A stretch of 64,000 nt of DNA from the NCBI GenBank assembly GCA_951406725.2, contig OX597830.1, forward strand, positions 73,718,001 through 73,782,000, given 5' to 3'. A program made the position numbers and the translations under genes. This document shows positions 43,541-57,983 of the stretch, piece after piece. How positions within the stretch are numbered: position 1 is the first letter of the stretch; each line of letters begins with the position of its first letter. This DNA is from Octopus vulgaris. Its lineage: Eukaryota. The notes beneath the pieces are model-generated. The model worked only from the letters and a program-made list of their open reading frames with translations, searched no databases and was not told the DNA's origin.

Positions 43541-45443
43541 TTTTTATTATTGTTTTTGTAATTGTTGTTGTTTGCTTCAAGGTCACATCTGTTCCAAAAT
43601 ACCTATGATGAAAGGCACTCCAGAAGTGACCAAAGCGCTTCTTGCCAATTTACATTGAATCCAGCACTGTTAACGTGCCTCATTCCAGTAGGGTGAGATT
43701 TAAATATGAAAAAATGTTTCGCTGCTGTTTCTAGCGGGTTGGATAATTAAGTAGCGTCCCCTTTTGTTGATTCGACAGTAAAAGTGTCACAAAGTGGTGT
43801 TGGTGGTGGCGGTGGTTGGTAGTGATGGTTATATTGTTGGAGGTGTGTGCGTGTGTTTGTGTCTGTCTGCGTGTTGTTGTGTGTGTGACCGGCGGTGGTG
43901 GAGGTTGTGGGGTTGTGTGTGTTTATATGTGAGTTTTTGCTAATGCTAGACAAGAAACAAAATGGTGGATATCGCGTTTCATTTGGGAGTGTGTTTGTAC
44001 GCGTGCGTTTAATGCCTGGTGTGGTGATGAGAATCTGAGCCCCGTGGAGCTTCATGTCATACGAAATAACCTTTTATATATGACTTATTGTCTCTGCGTA
44101 AATATGTATGTCTGTCTGTATGCATGCGTGTGTGTGTCTGAGTGTGTGAATGTGTGTGTACGTGTGTGCATGTGTGTGTGTATTTGTGTGTGTTTATGTC
44201 CCTGTCAGTAATAACTAATACGAAGCTATGACTACGACAAACATCACAAACTACAGTCATTACTTTCATCGAACACCACCGCCAGTACCACCCGCGCCGT
44301 CGCCATAACCATCATCATCATCGTCGTCGTCGTCGTCGTTGCTGTCGTCATTGTTGACGTCACCGTCCCCACCACCACCACCACCACCACCACCATCATC
44401 ACCTTCAGTTCCACTGCGTGGTACCTTGAGCAAATGTTTTCTACTATAGCCTCGGGCCGACCAAAGCCTCGTGAGTGGATTTGGTAGACGAAAACCGAAA
44501 GAAGCCAACAGCATTGATGCTACTCTCACCAAGTCCACCATCGTAACTGTGTTATTTAGCACCATCATCATGAATGGTACCACAAGCATCAACCATATTG
44601 TTGCGGACGTCTCCACTACTACGACGAGGACCACGACCACGAACACCACCATTCACTACAACCCCACCACCACCATCACCACAACTGCCACAACTACACT
44701 CAACACTAACCCCCACTACCACCAACTCCACCTGCACCACCATCACCAACAACAACACTACGACCACCAACAACATCAATACCACTGCCACCACCACCAC
44801 CTTCACCCCAACACCAACAACAATACTACCAACAATACCACCACTACCACCACCACCACCAACACCAACACTGCCACTACACCGCAACCGCCACCGCCGC
44901 CGCCATCAGCAACAACGACAACAACACCAGTAAACAAACCACCAGAATCATCTCAGCTAACAAGTGTAAGAAGCAGAAGGGTGATTTCATTATTATTTGT
45001 GAGTTGTTACCACGTGAACTGCTGCTGATGCTACTGCAACTACAACTACTACTGCTGCTGTTACTGCTGCTGTTGCTGTTGTTGTTGTTGTTGTTGCTGC
45101 TGCTGGTTACTTTGTGATTTAACACCGTCAATTTCCGTACAACTTCACCGGATTCTGCTGTCCCGGATGTAACAATGGCGGATGCTAGCGAAATAAATTT
45201 TAAACTTTGCTGTATTAAGTAATCTTGGCTAGAAGCCTTGTCTAAGGATATTTTTTTTCTATTATTTCTTTTCTTATTTTCTCAAGATAAATTAATTTTT
45301 TACCTTTCCATTTTGCTTCTTCATTTCGCCTTGCCGGTATATCTTGCAATGTTATATCGTTGATTTTGTTATATTTGTAGAAGTCTTTATTGTTGTTGTT
45401 GTTGTTGTTCTAATCCCCCTCCTCCTCCTCCTCCTCCTCCTCC

Positions 45444-45478
<35 letters not shown>

Positions 45479-45547
45479 GCTATTCTGTTGCATTTTGTCC
45501 TTTTGATGTAGCCCTCAATATCTTCAGTCCTCGGGGCTAATTCATCA

Positions 45548-45602
<55 letters not shown>

Positions 45603-45624
45603 CATTATTATTATTATTATTATT

Positions 45625-46270
45625 TGGACGAAATGCATAAAGGTGCTTCGTCCGTAGCTACGTTCTGAGTTCATGTACCGCCGAGGTTGACTTTACTTTC
45701 ATCCTTTCGAGTTCGACGAAATAAGTACCAGTTAAAAAACTGGGGTCGATGTAATCGACTCACCCTCATCTCCCACAAACTGCCTTTGTGGCAAAAGAAA
45801 AAATTCAAATAATTATTATTATGATTAAAGTGGGGAGCTTGCAGAGTCGTTTGCACGCCGGGCAAAATGCTTAGCGGCATTTTCGTCTGTCTGAGTTCGG
45901 AGTTCAAATTCCACCAAGGTCAACTGTTCCTTTCATCCTTTCGAGGTCGAAAAAATAAGTACCAGTTAAAAACTGGGGTCGATGTAATCGACTCATACCC
46001 TCCTTCAAAATTGCTGCCCCTGTGGCAAAATTTGAAACAATTGTTATTATTATAAAGTCGGCGAGCTGGCAGAATCTTTAGCGTGCCGGATGAAATGCTT
46101 AGCGGTAATTCGCCCGTCACAACATTCTTAGTTCAAATTCCGGCGAGGTCGACTTTACCTTTCATCCTTTCGGGGTCGATAAAATAGGTACCAGTTGAAC
46201 ACTGGGTCGATGTAATCGACTCATCTCCACCCCTAATATTGTTGCTCTCGTGGCAAAATTTGAAACCATT
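45625..46270 (+). mobile_element. Three head-to-tail SINE family A copies
   Basis: Core CTTTCATCCTTTCG(A/G)GGTCGA at ~45700, 45935 and 46160, separated by (ATT)n. Confidence 0.9.
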
Positions 46271-46284
46271 GTTATCATTATTAT

Positions 46285-46795
46285 ACGTCTGGCTTTGTAT
46301 TTGTACAAGCTGACTCCAAGTCTCACCCAGAGACCTTTAAGAGACAAGTTAAAAATTCAAGTTGGTATTATGACTAAGGTGCCATATATTTGGTTTTGCA
46401 CAGAGTATTGTTCTAGAGTGTGTAAATTACAAATTTCTTTCAAAAGTAATTTGATTATAAGATAATAGTCTGATGTTAAGATGCCAGTGAAAGGTGTTTG
46501 CTGTTATGTAAATTTAAACGTATTTTGGCACTTTTTACGGATTAAAATATTTTGGATGTTATATAGAATATATTTTTTGTAAGATATAGGTAGTTACAAT
46601 GAGCACACTTTTTTGAATTTCTTCCATGTTTGAATTTCCTGGTATCTGAGCTAGATAGCAATCAGCCCCTTTTGCTATCATTCCTATGGCAATTAAGACA
46701 ACAGGTATGATTTCAGTCTTTGAGGTTCCACATTTTACCAATTTCTATTTCAATATCTATATACATACTCAGTTTTTGGTAGGTCTTAACAAACA
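46285..46795 (-). mobile_element. R4/Dong-type LINE 3' end fragment
   Basis: QKLSMYIDIEIEIGKMWNLK/TEIIPVVLIAIGMI..IQKSVL..ILQKI, homologous to the C-terminus of the 42333 ORF. Confidence 0.8.
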
Positions 46796-46814
46796 CATTC
46801 ACGTTGAATGTATA

Positions 46815-46982
46815 TATACGACGAGATTCTTTCAGTTTCCGTCTGCCAATTCCACTCACAAGGCTTTGGGCGGCCCGAAGCCATAGTGGAAGACACTTTA
46901 CCAAGGTGTCACGCAGTGGGACTGAATCCGGAACCATTTGACTGGGAAGCAAGCTTCTTACCACACAGCCATGCCTGCGCCT
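46815..46982 (-). mobile_element. SINE family B 5' part
   Basis: CCACTCACAAGGCTTTGG..CTTACCACACAGCCATGCCTGCGCC. Confidence 0.88.
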
Positions 46983-47585
46983 AAACACATATATATATAT
47001 GTGTGTGTGTGTGTATTCATACATATGTGTGGGTGTGTTTAGCAAGGAAGAAAGATGGAGAAAGAGAATGAGAGAGTGTGGAGAGGAGAACAACGCCGTA
47101 GTGTGACAACGAAACGCCGACCAGTAATTCGCTTGTCGAGTAAATTTTCGATTCGACCTACTATATTCTTTTTCATCAATTTTTTTTTCTTTTACAAAAC
47201 CTATTTCGAAATATAGGTGATAATAAATCTGATTGTATTAGGTTCTCCTTCCCCCGCCGTTTTACTAGCTCCATCGACCCACCACCGTCTCCTGTACAGA
47301 CAAAAAAAAAATCTGTGACCCATGTCTCACGTATGTTTGTGATTTTCACTTACTTCTACTTAAACAGCCGCCATTTTTATACTCACGGCCATAACGCCTT
47401 TACAATTTTGTTTTTGGTTTTCAGTTTTTTTTTTCCGCGGGCTTCTAGCCAATAATATTGTATAAGAATGTTGTACATTGTAAGAACAAGAAAGAATATA
47501 GGAATAAATAAAAGGAATCTCGTAAAATATATGGGAAAATTACAGCTATAAATTATGGACATTATTTTAGCTATTCTATATATTT

Positions 47586-47646
<61 letters not shown>

Positions 47647-47706
47647 GTGTGTGTTTGTGTGTGTATAATATATATATATATATATATATACATACATACA
47701 TATCTA

Positions 47707-47789
<83 letters not shown>

Positions 47790-48574
47790 GTGTGTGTATA
47801 AATATTTTTCTCCTCCTTTAGTTTAAATATTACATTATATATGACCTGACAGCATATAGTTCGCCTATAAAACCGTTTATGATATTTCAATTAATAGTAA
47901 CTTAGTATGAGCTTGTTTGGTTGAAAACGCTTGACACCTTTCACTTACAATATATATTTATTTACTTATTTTCTTTATTTCCTTATCGATCTTAATAAAA
48001 GAGCATGCTGCTACGAGAACGCTCGATTTGCTAGAAAATGTAGCTAACTGGCAAATGCGTTACAGTTTTGGGCATAATGAATATGCGGTATTCGTTTCGG
48101 ACTTCTGCTTCTTGTTTTTATATTCCGCTGAACTTAACTTTGCCTTTAGCCTTTTGGTTGTTGTTATATTACGTATTAGTGGCGGGTGGTGGGTTAACTG
48201 GATTGTTAAAGCATAAGACCTCTGTTGTTGCCATTCTGTGATACCAAGGTGCAGATATAATCTGTTAGTCCAATTAACACCAATAGTTAATCCTTGGGTA
48301 ACTCTTGCGGAATATTCACTGTAAAGCGCAATCGGACTAACTCCAAGGTTTCAGGACAACTTTCTTCTTTCTTGGACTAAATCCCAGAAGGCCTCACAAA
48401 ATAAGGGTTTATGGGCTAAAACCTTCATATATGTGTTTCTCACTTTACAGTTTGTCAAGCGGTGGAGTAGAAACACATATATGAAGATACACACACACAT
48501 CTATGTAAATATCTCTATATATGTATACGAAGGGATTCCACATTGATTCCATCGAAAAACTTCATGGGAAGAAA

Positions 48575-49735
48575 AACCTTATAGCATGACTTCCTTAAGA
48601 CGGAAGTCAGGTAGTTGCAGCCAATAGTGACCCTTCTGACGGAACTCATATTCCAAGTGGCATCCTCCAGAGAACTGTTCTGGGGCCATTAGCGTTCATA
48701 ATAACCGTCTTAAACATGCCTGCAGTCACTCGGACAACCATTGTCACTAGCTATGCCAATGATACAAAATTATCACAAAAATCAAAGTGACATCGCAAGC
48801 TTAGAGCGGGATCTAAATTCGATATAGACGTGGACCGAAATAAACAGCATGCAGTTAAATGCTTGAAAATCTCAAGCACAGCACTATCAACTCACGAATG
48901 CACTACAGCCTGCATATATGGTACCCGAAGGCACTGCAATCCGAGAGTCACGGGCAGTGAAAGACTTGGGTAGGAATCAGTATATGCAATGACGTATCAT
49001 TTTATATGCATATTACCAAGATGGCAGCAAAGTGCAGACCACTAGCAGAGTGGATACTGAGGGCCTTCAAGACAAGTGACCAAGAAACTACGTCGACCCT
49101 GAGGAGAACCTTTGTTCTCAGTTGCCTGTACTACTGCTCCCAAGTCTGGTTATCATATAGTGCCAAACAAATAGTGGAGCTTGAAGCAATCCAACGCCAC
49201 TACACTAAAAAGATTGAGACAGTGCAGTGGATGAGTTGTAGGGATAGGCTGAGAAACTGCAGCTCTACTCCCTGGAAAGAAGGCGCGACAGTTATGCAAT
49301 AATCTACATATGGAAAACTCTGGAGGGGCTAGTACCTAATTTCGGCATTGAGTGTTATACAAATGCCAGAACTGGCCGCCATCGTATTGTATCAAAGGTG
49401 TCGTCCACTCCATCTATATTCAGGATCATCTACTGCAATAGTCTAGGGTTTAAAGGCCCACAACTCTTCAACACCCTGCCACAAAATTCAAAAAATCTGC
49501 ATAAGGTGGAAGTAGAAGTCTTCAAAAAGGAACTAGACGTCCTCATATCTACAATACCGGATGAAACAACAGCTCGATATGAGGTACAGACGAGGGTAGC
49601 GGAATCAGACTCCCTTATACACCAAATGAGCCAACAGCTGGGACGAAGGCACATAGAGGAGTGAAACGCCCCAGACTGAAGAAATCAGATGGACCACGGT
49701 GGTGCTACAGAATTATCGCCTCAGCATGGTGCATA
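48575..49735 (+). mobile_element. CR1-clade LINE reverse transcriptase 3' fragment (pseudogene)
   Basis: SGILQRTVLGP (cf. SGVPQGSVLGP), YANDTKL (cf. YADDTKL), VKDLG, ILRAFK..YCSQVW..LEAIQRHYTK, LYSLERRR, GPQLFNTLP..FKKELD; stops and frameshifts. Confidence 0.92.
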
Positions 49736-49828
49736 TATATATGCAGCATATAGTATGTATGTATGTATGTATGTATGTATGTATGTATGTATGTATGTAT
49801 GTATGTATGTATGTATGTATTATGTAGT

Positions 49829-50290
49829 GGAGGCGCAATGGCCCAGTGGTTAGGGCAGCGGACTCGCGGTTTCGATTCCCAGACCGGGCATTGTGAGTAT
49901 TTATTGAGCGAAAACACCTAAAGCTCCACGAGGCTCCGGCGGGGGTTGGTGGTGAACCCTGCTGTACTCTTTCACCACAACTTTCTCTCACTCTTTCTTC
50001 CTGTTTCTGTTGTACCTGTATTTCAAAGGGCCAGCCTTGTCACACTCTGTGTCACGCTGAATCTCCCCAAGAACTACGTTATGGGTCAGCCACTTGCACG
50101 TTAATAACTGAGCTGCGACGTTAATGGTGCCAAGCTATATCGGCCTTTGCCTTTCCTTTGGATAACATCGGTGGCTGGTATGCGTGGGCGACTGCTGGTC
50201 TTCCATAAACAACCTTGCCCAGACTTATGCCTCGGAGGGTAACTTTCTAGGTGCAATTCCATGGTTATTCATGACCGAAGGAGGTCACAA
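49829..50290 (+). mobile_element. SINE family C (tRNA-derived) inserted in (GTAT)n
   Basis: A-box TGGCCCAGTGG, B-box GTTTCGATTCC; tail shared with 37465-37665. Confidence 0.85.
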
Positions 50291-50799
50291 CCACAATGTA
50301 TGTATGTATCTTCACGACACAGTATCAGACAACCAGCGACGAGAAGAGAGTTAATCTGAATAAGAATCTGAAATGCTTGCCCACCCTCATGACTGTTTCT
50401 TCAACATTTTAAAGTGTATTATTCTCGAGTAAGCTGTTTGGTGGCCTAATAAAATAGAGACAAAATGCAGAGGCAGACATTTATTAAATTGGGCACCATA
50501 GGTTGCTAGATGTACGGATAAGGCGACGGAAAGAAAGAGAAATTAGAAAGAAAAAAAAACAGGAACGATACAAAGAAAGAAACAAACAAAGACATTTATA
50601 ATTGCTCAAATAAGATAGCTTAGAATTAATTATCTAAACAGGATAAAGAAAAGAAAAATAGCCTGGACAAGGAATTGCAATGTTGAAATAATGAAAATGG
50701 CGACCGAACGTGGCAAACAAAGAAAAACTATAAAATTATATAAGAAAATAAAACTGAAAATAACAAACAAACAAAATAATAAAGGGTTAGATTCGTAGA

Positions 50800-50854
50800 T
50801 AGACAGACAAGCAGACAGACAGACAGACAGACAGACAGATAAATAGATAGATAT

Positions 50855-50948
<94 letters not shown>

Positions 50949-50982
50949 TGATAGATAGATAGGTAGGTAGATATATATATAT

Positions 50983-51050
<68 letters not shown>
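50800..51050. repeat. (GACA)n(GATA)n microsatellite
   Basis: Directly visible. Confidence 0.92.
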
Positions 51051-51399
51051 AAAGTGAGGGAAAAAGAGTAAGAAAGAGAGAGATAAAAATAGAGAAAGAT
51101 AAGCTGTGATAAAGAGAGAGACAGACATACAGAGAGAACGAGAGATGGAGATAGAGAGAGAGAAAGAAATAGCGAGAGAGGAAGGAGACATAGTAAGATC
51201 AACGAATCGTGTGATTGGGTGAAATAATGAAGTCCAAAATAAGAGGGATATAACAGTGATGGCGATGACGCCGACGACGACGACAACGACGACAGTGGTA
51301 ATGATGATGGGGCGTCGATGATGATGATGACGATTAAGACCATGGTGATTATGATGATGATGACAATGATGATGACAGTAATGGCTGTCTTATTAGTAG

Positions 51400-51595
51400 T
51401 TGCTGCTTAGTCCCACATCAGTAATGATTTAGGATATACGTGATGAAAGGCGTTCTAGCCGTGACCATCCTGGATTTTTGCTACTCAAAGGAAACCAGGC
51501 TCGTAACATTCAAGACACGGGTTCTAAGAACGTAGGGCGATTTCAGTCAGAGAAGATTTGGTTGCTATTTCTAGCAGCTTCAGTCGCCACGTACA
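51400..51595 (+). repeat. Old dispersed repeat family D (also ~4990-5050 minus, 29010-29050, 43575-43745, 52700-52880 minus)
   Basis: Shared motifs TGATGAAAGGCGTTCTAGCCGTGACCATC and GATTTGGTTGCTATTTCTAGCAG. Confidence 0.6.
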
Positions 51596-51835
51596 GGTCC
51601 AATATTTGTCCCGGTGTTGCTGTTGAGATCGTCGTTAATGTTTTTACCGTTGTTGTTGTAGTTGTTGTTGATGTCGACATTTGTATTGACGTTGTTGGCG
51701 GTGTTGCTTCCCGGTAGTGGGAAATGACGGGGACGGTGTTGATGAAGATGATGAGGATGATGGCAGTTGTAGTGGTGGTGGTGGTGGTGGTGTGTAGGAG
51801 TGGTGTTGGTGGTTGGTGAGGCTGGTTGATAGCTG

Positions 51836-51891
<56 letters not shown>

Positions 51892-52052
51892 GTGGTGGTG
51901 ATGTTGGTGCTGGTGTTAGTGGTGGTTGTGGTTGCTGGTGGAGCTGAGTGGTAGCCATAATGGTGATGATGATGACGACGAAGACGATGATGATGATGGT
52001 GATGATGATGATGATGATGATGAGGATGATGATGAATGAAGATGATGATGAC

Positions 52053-52086
<34 letters not shown>

Positions 52087-52362
52087 GTGATTATGATGTT
52101 GGTGATAATGACAATGATGATGATGTGGATGATGATGATGATGAGGAGGATGACGACGATGGTGGTGGTGGTGGTGATGACGATTGAAGGAAGAAGAGGA
52201 AACAAGGATTTAGGACAGCGAAAGAAACGAGCGTCCAAAGCAGGAAGATTTATACTGGTGTAGTGAACCGGAAGTGAAGTTGGGAGGTCTCGTATTTCTC
52301 TAAAGATGGCAGCGAAATTGAATGGTGGGAAAAATAAGACAAACTGCAGCAGCAGCACAACC

Positions 52363-52417
<55 letters not shown>

Positions 52418-52418
52418 A

Positions 52419-52455
<37 letters not shown>

Positions 52456-52566
52456 ATAATAATAATAACAATAATAATAATACTAATACTACCACCACCA
52501 CCACCACTACTACTACTACTACCAATACCTCCACCACTACCACCTCTACAACTACTAACACCACCT

Positions 52567-52609
<43 letters not shown>

Positions 52610-53178
52610 AACTACTACTTTTACTACTACTACCCTCACCACCACCATTATTATCCTTACCATCACCATCACCACAAATAATACCAACAGCATGCTTGCT
52701 TGAACTATTAGAAACTGTAGCTAAATACCTTTGAAATCATAAGCCTACCAGATAAAAAACAGCGTTGGCTAATATGATTCTAAATGCATTTTGGACGAAA
52801 AATAAGAGACAGTGTGGTCACAGCTGGAACGTCTGTGATCTTAGATTGGCTCAGTGTGAGCTGACCCTGTGTTAAACAAGAACGAAACGATTGCTACAAC
52901 TGCAACAATAGCCAAAGTAAGAAAATGCAGTTTTGAAACGCCTTAAAAAATATAAAAAGTAACAAGCAAGCCAATGAGATTACTTGAATGCGGTTTGTTA
53001 ATGTTCTGGTAGAGATAGTAGCTAAATCTAAATTTTGTGTTTTTCTGTCCACATACTAATATGGCAATAACATTCAAAAGATGTAGTTGTAGGTAGACGA
53101 TGGTCAAAATATGGTAAGGCTTTCTGAGTACTGATATGGGACGAAACGAATCAGTGCAACAATATTACAGCGAACAAT

Positions 53179-53214
<36 letters not shown>

Positions 53215-53571
53215 GACAGCAATAACAACAACAACAACGACAGCATCATCGTCAACAACAACAACAACGACAGCAACAACAACAAATTAACAACAAGCAA
53301 CAACCACAACATCAACAAAAGCAATATCACAGCAAATAATACCAATTACAAAAAAAAAAAAAAACAGAACAAAAGCAATATTAAAGTAAGACAACAATAA
53401 CAACAAACTCAACACCTACAACATGAACAACCTCAATAACAACAAAAACAACAACAACAACAACAACAGCAACAACAACAGCAACAACAACAGCAACAAC
53501 AACGGTAACTTCAAAAACAAGACAAGAAACGTTCTCACAAAGAACGCCAATCTCAGTTAAAACTCAAATGA

Positions 53572-53604
<33 letters not shown>

Positions 53605-53879
53605 CAACCTCTTGAAAACCTCAAAAACGTTAACAACAACATTATCGACAACAACAACCGCAACAACAGCAAGAAAACAACAATAAAACAACAACAAATG
53701 GCTGCTGCCGACCGTCGCATGAAATTTAGATTGTACTATCTGTTCAGTCATAAATTTTACAAACCGATGTCTCTACCATTTAGACAGATTCTTATTATTA
53801 TTTTCTTTTTGAGTTCCTCTCTTATTTTTACCTCAGCCTTTTCTCCATCTCTCCTCCTACCCCTCCTAATCCTTGCTTG

Positions 53880-53913
<34 letters not shown>

Positions 53914-54279
53914 CTCTCTCTCTCCCTCGCACTCTCGCTCTCTTTCTCTGTGCTTCGCCATCTTTATTTAAATGGCTGTGTTGTGGGTTTGCTTTGCTGT
54001 GCACCGTTATTGATGGAAGGAAGTTAGCGGTTGTGAAACTGTTGTTGTTTTTATTTTTGTTATTGTTTCTAGCAGAGGTGATGATGGTGGTGGTGGTGGT
54101 GGTGGTGTAGTGTTGTGGTGAAGGTTGAAGGACTTGGTGGTTGTAATACAGTTGTTTTTATTCTTACTGGCGATCGTTCAGTTGTTGATGTTTCTGAAAT
54201 TGTTGTAGTTGGTACTGCTGTAATTGTTGCTGATAGTAGAAGTGACGATTATTATAGTAGCGGTTGTAGTGCTTAATGG

Positions 54280-54310
<31 letters not shown>

Positions 54311-54921
54311 GGTAGGGATAATGGTTGTAACATAGCTGTTGTTATTGTTCTTCTTGCTGATGGTGGTGATGATAGTGGTAATGCTGTTTGTGAGAGTGTT
54401 GTTACTGTTCCTGGTGGTGAGGGTGGTACTAGTGAATAGTTGTTCTTGTCAGTGAATGTGGTGGTGGTGGTGGTGGTGGTGTGGTGGGTGGCGGTGGTAG
54501 CGGTGGTGGTGACGGTTGCAATGATGGTTGTTAGGCTGTTGTAGTTGCTGCCGCCGCTGATGGTGGTGGTGGTGGTGGTGGTGGGTGGCGGTGGTGATGG
54601 TGGTGGTGGTAATGGTGATGAATGTGGTGGTCGTTGTGATGCTGTTGATACTCTTGTTGCTGGTTGTGGTGGTGGTGATGTTGATGGTGCTAACTATTGT
54701 CGCGTTATTATTTTGTTGTTGCAATTGGCGGCGATGGTATTAGTTGTATTCGTGCTCGTGCTCATGCTGGCGTTGGTGGTGGTAGTGCAGCAGCAGCAGC
54801 AGCAGTAGCAGTAGTAGTAGTAGTAGTAGTGGTAGTGGTAGTGGTGGTGGTGGTGGTGGTGGTGGTGGCGGTGGCGCCTGTAATAGTAGCAGCAACAACA
54901 GTAGCAGCAGTAGTAGTAGTC

Positions 54922-54954
<33 letters not shown>

Positions 54955-55047
54955 ATAATAGTGCTGATGGTGGTGGTTGTATTGGTAGTGGTGGTAATAG
55001 TTGTAGTGGTGGTGGTGACGGCAGTCATAGTAGCAGCAGCAGTAATT

Positions 55048-55084
<37 letters not shown>

Positions 55085-55429
55085 CGGACGTATGTTTGAG
55101 GTGTTGGCGGTGGCATTCGTAATGGCGATGGCGGCGTCTTGAGATTTACTACACAACTAATTGAAGGACTCGTCACATACAATGCCATCGTTAGAATATT
55201 GAGAGAACGAGAAGGCAAATGTGGTTTTGTGAATGCGCATGCTTGTGTACGTGTGCGTGAGAGCATGCCTAAGTGTGTCTCTCTGTGTGTAAGTGTGCAT
55301 GTGTGAGTGTCTGTGTACGAGAGTAAAAGAGTGTGTTAACGACGTAGAGTTAGAGATTAAGATTGATAAATACTTTAAGATACATGTATATACATATATA
55401 GATCGTTAGCCACTACACACATTTTCTCT

Positions 55430-55610
55430 CTCCTTTTTTTCTCTCCTTTTTTCTCTCCTTGTTTCTCTCCTTGTTTTTTCTGTGTCCCTTTCTGTAGAGG
55501 AGCGTAGGCTCGAAACGTATAAGACTTTTTCTATTCCTGAGCGTTATACTAATACATCTATTTGTTTTGTACACCACCTGTCTTCGTCTTTTGTTTTTTT
55601 CGTAAACTCT
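55430..55610 (+). ncRNA. Short repeat carrying minimal hammerhead-like motif (CUGUAGA variant)
   Basis: CTTT-CTGTAGA-G-GAGC gtag GCTC-GAA-ACGT-A-TAAG (55488-55523); ends at (TA)n. Confidence 0.55.
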
Positions 55611-56096
55611 ACATATATATATAACATATATATATATATATACTATGTACGTATGTATGTGTGTGTATGGATGTATGTACGTATACATGCGTGTGTATGT
55701 ATATAAATAACTGTATATATACGCACTTAAACGTGCCTACAAACACATACACGCACACAGGCACACGCTCACACACACACACACACATGTGTTTCTGTGT
55801 GCATCTGTTTGTTTATAAATGGTAGAAGGAATACATTCACAATAAAAGGCATCTCGGTTTTATATATTACTGTTTTTGCTTTAGATTTTAATTTTGGTGC
55901 TTCCTTTTTTTGTAGTTTTTGTTCGTTAAAGTCGGAACAGTTTGTTCGATTGGCAGCAGCGGATCAATATTGTGTTTTGATAAACAAAACAAAGAAGGAT
56001 GCAGGAAAAACCTGTTTACAAAATAAATTGACATGGCGACCGACAATATTTAGATGACCATTGATAATGGCTGACCTTTTATTCGCTAAATCGATT

Positions 56097-56148
<52 letters not shown>

Positions 56149-56253
56149 GGGAACAGAACAGAGGTGGCGGTTGTACCACTTGATATGTCTAAACAATTTT
56201 GATATATTCGAAAATAGGTTTAAGCGCGTACATATATATGCACACAGACACGC

Positions 56254-56323
<70 letters not shown>

Positions 56324-56324
56324 A

Positions 56325-56473
56325 GACTTTACGAAAAAAATCAAAAGACGAAGACATGTGGTGTACAAAACAAACAGATGTATTAGTATAACGCTCAGGA
56401 ATAGAAAAAGTCTTTTACGTTTCGAGCCTACGCTCTTCTACAGAAAGGGACACAGAAAAAACAAGGAGAGAAA
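56325..56473 (-). ncRNA. Inverted second copy of the 55430 element with hammerhead-like motif
   Basis: Minus strand CTTT-CTGTAGA-A-GAGC gtag GCTC-GAA-ACGT-A-AAAG (56447-56412). Confidence 0.6.
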
Positions 56474-56527
56474 TTTGTGTGTGTGGGTGGGTGGGTGTGT
56501 GTGTCTATATCTGTTTCGATATCTATA

Positions 56528-56793
56528 TACGAGATGTGATCAATAAGTAACCAGACTGTTGCAATAGTTACGAAGCTGAAGCATACAGCGTGAAGCCGCT
56601 TGGCAAAAATTGACCTTGAACTCTGCTGTGTATGCGTACTAACGTTTAACGTTCTAGCTCACTTTCGGTGTTTACAGCAGTGCTTGGAACGAAGGTGGCC
56701 CCCATTTCAAAGGTTATTAAATAACAAACACATGCAGATACAAGAAAAACCTTTGTATTTCAACAACAAATGTACCATGCTCTCCACTCCAGA

Positions 56794-56843
<50 letters not shown>

Positions 56844-56977
56844 TACTATCTGAAACAAATCGAAAAATGGTATTTAATGAATTTCATAGAAAAATAAATT
56901 TTTTTCATGCATCCTTATGTGTTTATGTTTTTTATTAACCTTTGAAAACGGGGCTTTCTTTCTGCCGCACCCCGTAT
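56528..56977. mobile_element. Tc1/mariner-type MITE fragments
   Basis: TA|CGAGATGTGATCAATAAGT at the left and CTGCCGCACCCCG|TA at the right; the two ends do not match, so probably two elements. Confidence 0.45.
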
Positions 56978-57019
56978 ATGTACATAGTTACACACTGCCT
57001 TTAAGAAATTTGCTGCAGT

Positions 57020-57300
57020 TCTTATTTTGTGGCTTATCTTTTACCGAACTGCTAGTTTACGGAGACGTAAACACACCAATACCACTACTGAAAGACACAC
57101 ACACACACACACAGGCACTCACACACACTCACACGCATACAGACACAGATTCCAGTTTCCGTCCACCAAATCCTCTTCCATGGATTTGGTCGGTCCGAGG
57201 CTGTAGGAGATAACACTTGGCCAAAGCACCACGCAGTTGGACTGAACACAGAACGGTGCGGTTGAGCAGCAAGCTTCTTACCACACAGCTACTCCTGCAC
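57020..57300 (-). mobile_element. SINE family B, diverged
   Basis: GACGTAAACACACCA..CTTCTTACCACACAGCTACTCCTGC. Confidence 0.8.
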
Positions 57301-57937
57301 GTATGTGAAACCAGAAAAAAAAATTCATAACATTAAAAAGGGCTGATGTTCAGTCGTACTACAGAATACATTTTGTACCGATTTTGATCCAAAACTGTTT
57401 ATATAGATTTTAATACAAAACTGTCTATAAGATGTTAACACTTTAACTCTATATACAATATAGAGATAATGTGATCTTTCAATATTGTGGACAGGTAATG
57501 AAAGACCTGCCAGACTAGTTTCACTCTAATGTTGGGCTTTCATGAATAATTGAAAAGTTTAACTATCCACGGAGTCGCAACTGGCAGTCTCATTATGAAC
57601 GAAGGTTTATGTATATTGGGTAGACTAATTTGAATATATATCATTCTTTGAAATTTGTTCGTTGAATAAATTGCTAGAGCCTTAGGAGTGTTTTGCTTCT
57701 ATGCATTATTTTACTCTGGAATGTTTCTATAAATTTTTGGCAAACAAATATATGTAGAGAGTTGTAAACGTCTTGTCCTTATAACCATTACAATCGTGGA
57801 CTAAAGAGACATCGATTTTGCCGTGTTAAGATTTTGTCAACGACTGAAAACCGTCTTTAACTGCTAACAATTACTAAGGCCATAAATAAAATGAATCGAG
57901 CAATTTGCATATGTGACGCATTCTTGGACTATGTATG

Positions 57938-57983
<46 letters not shown>

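Noticed and set aside
44022-44042. Box C/D snoRNA (GTGATGA..CTGA)
   Set aside because: Boxes are only 4 nt apart and there is no terminal stem
49829-49890. tRNA gene
   Set aside because: A and B boxes are present but there is no complete cloverleaf, and it continues into a SINE body shared with 37465-37665
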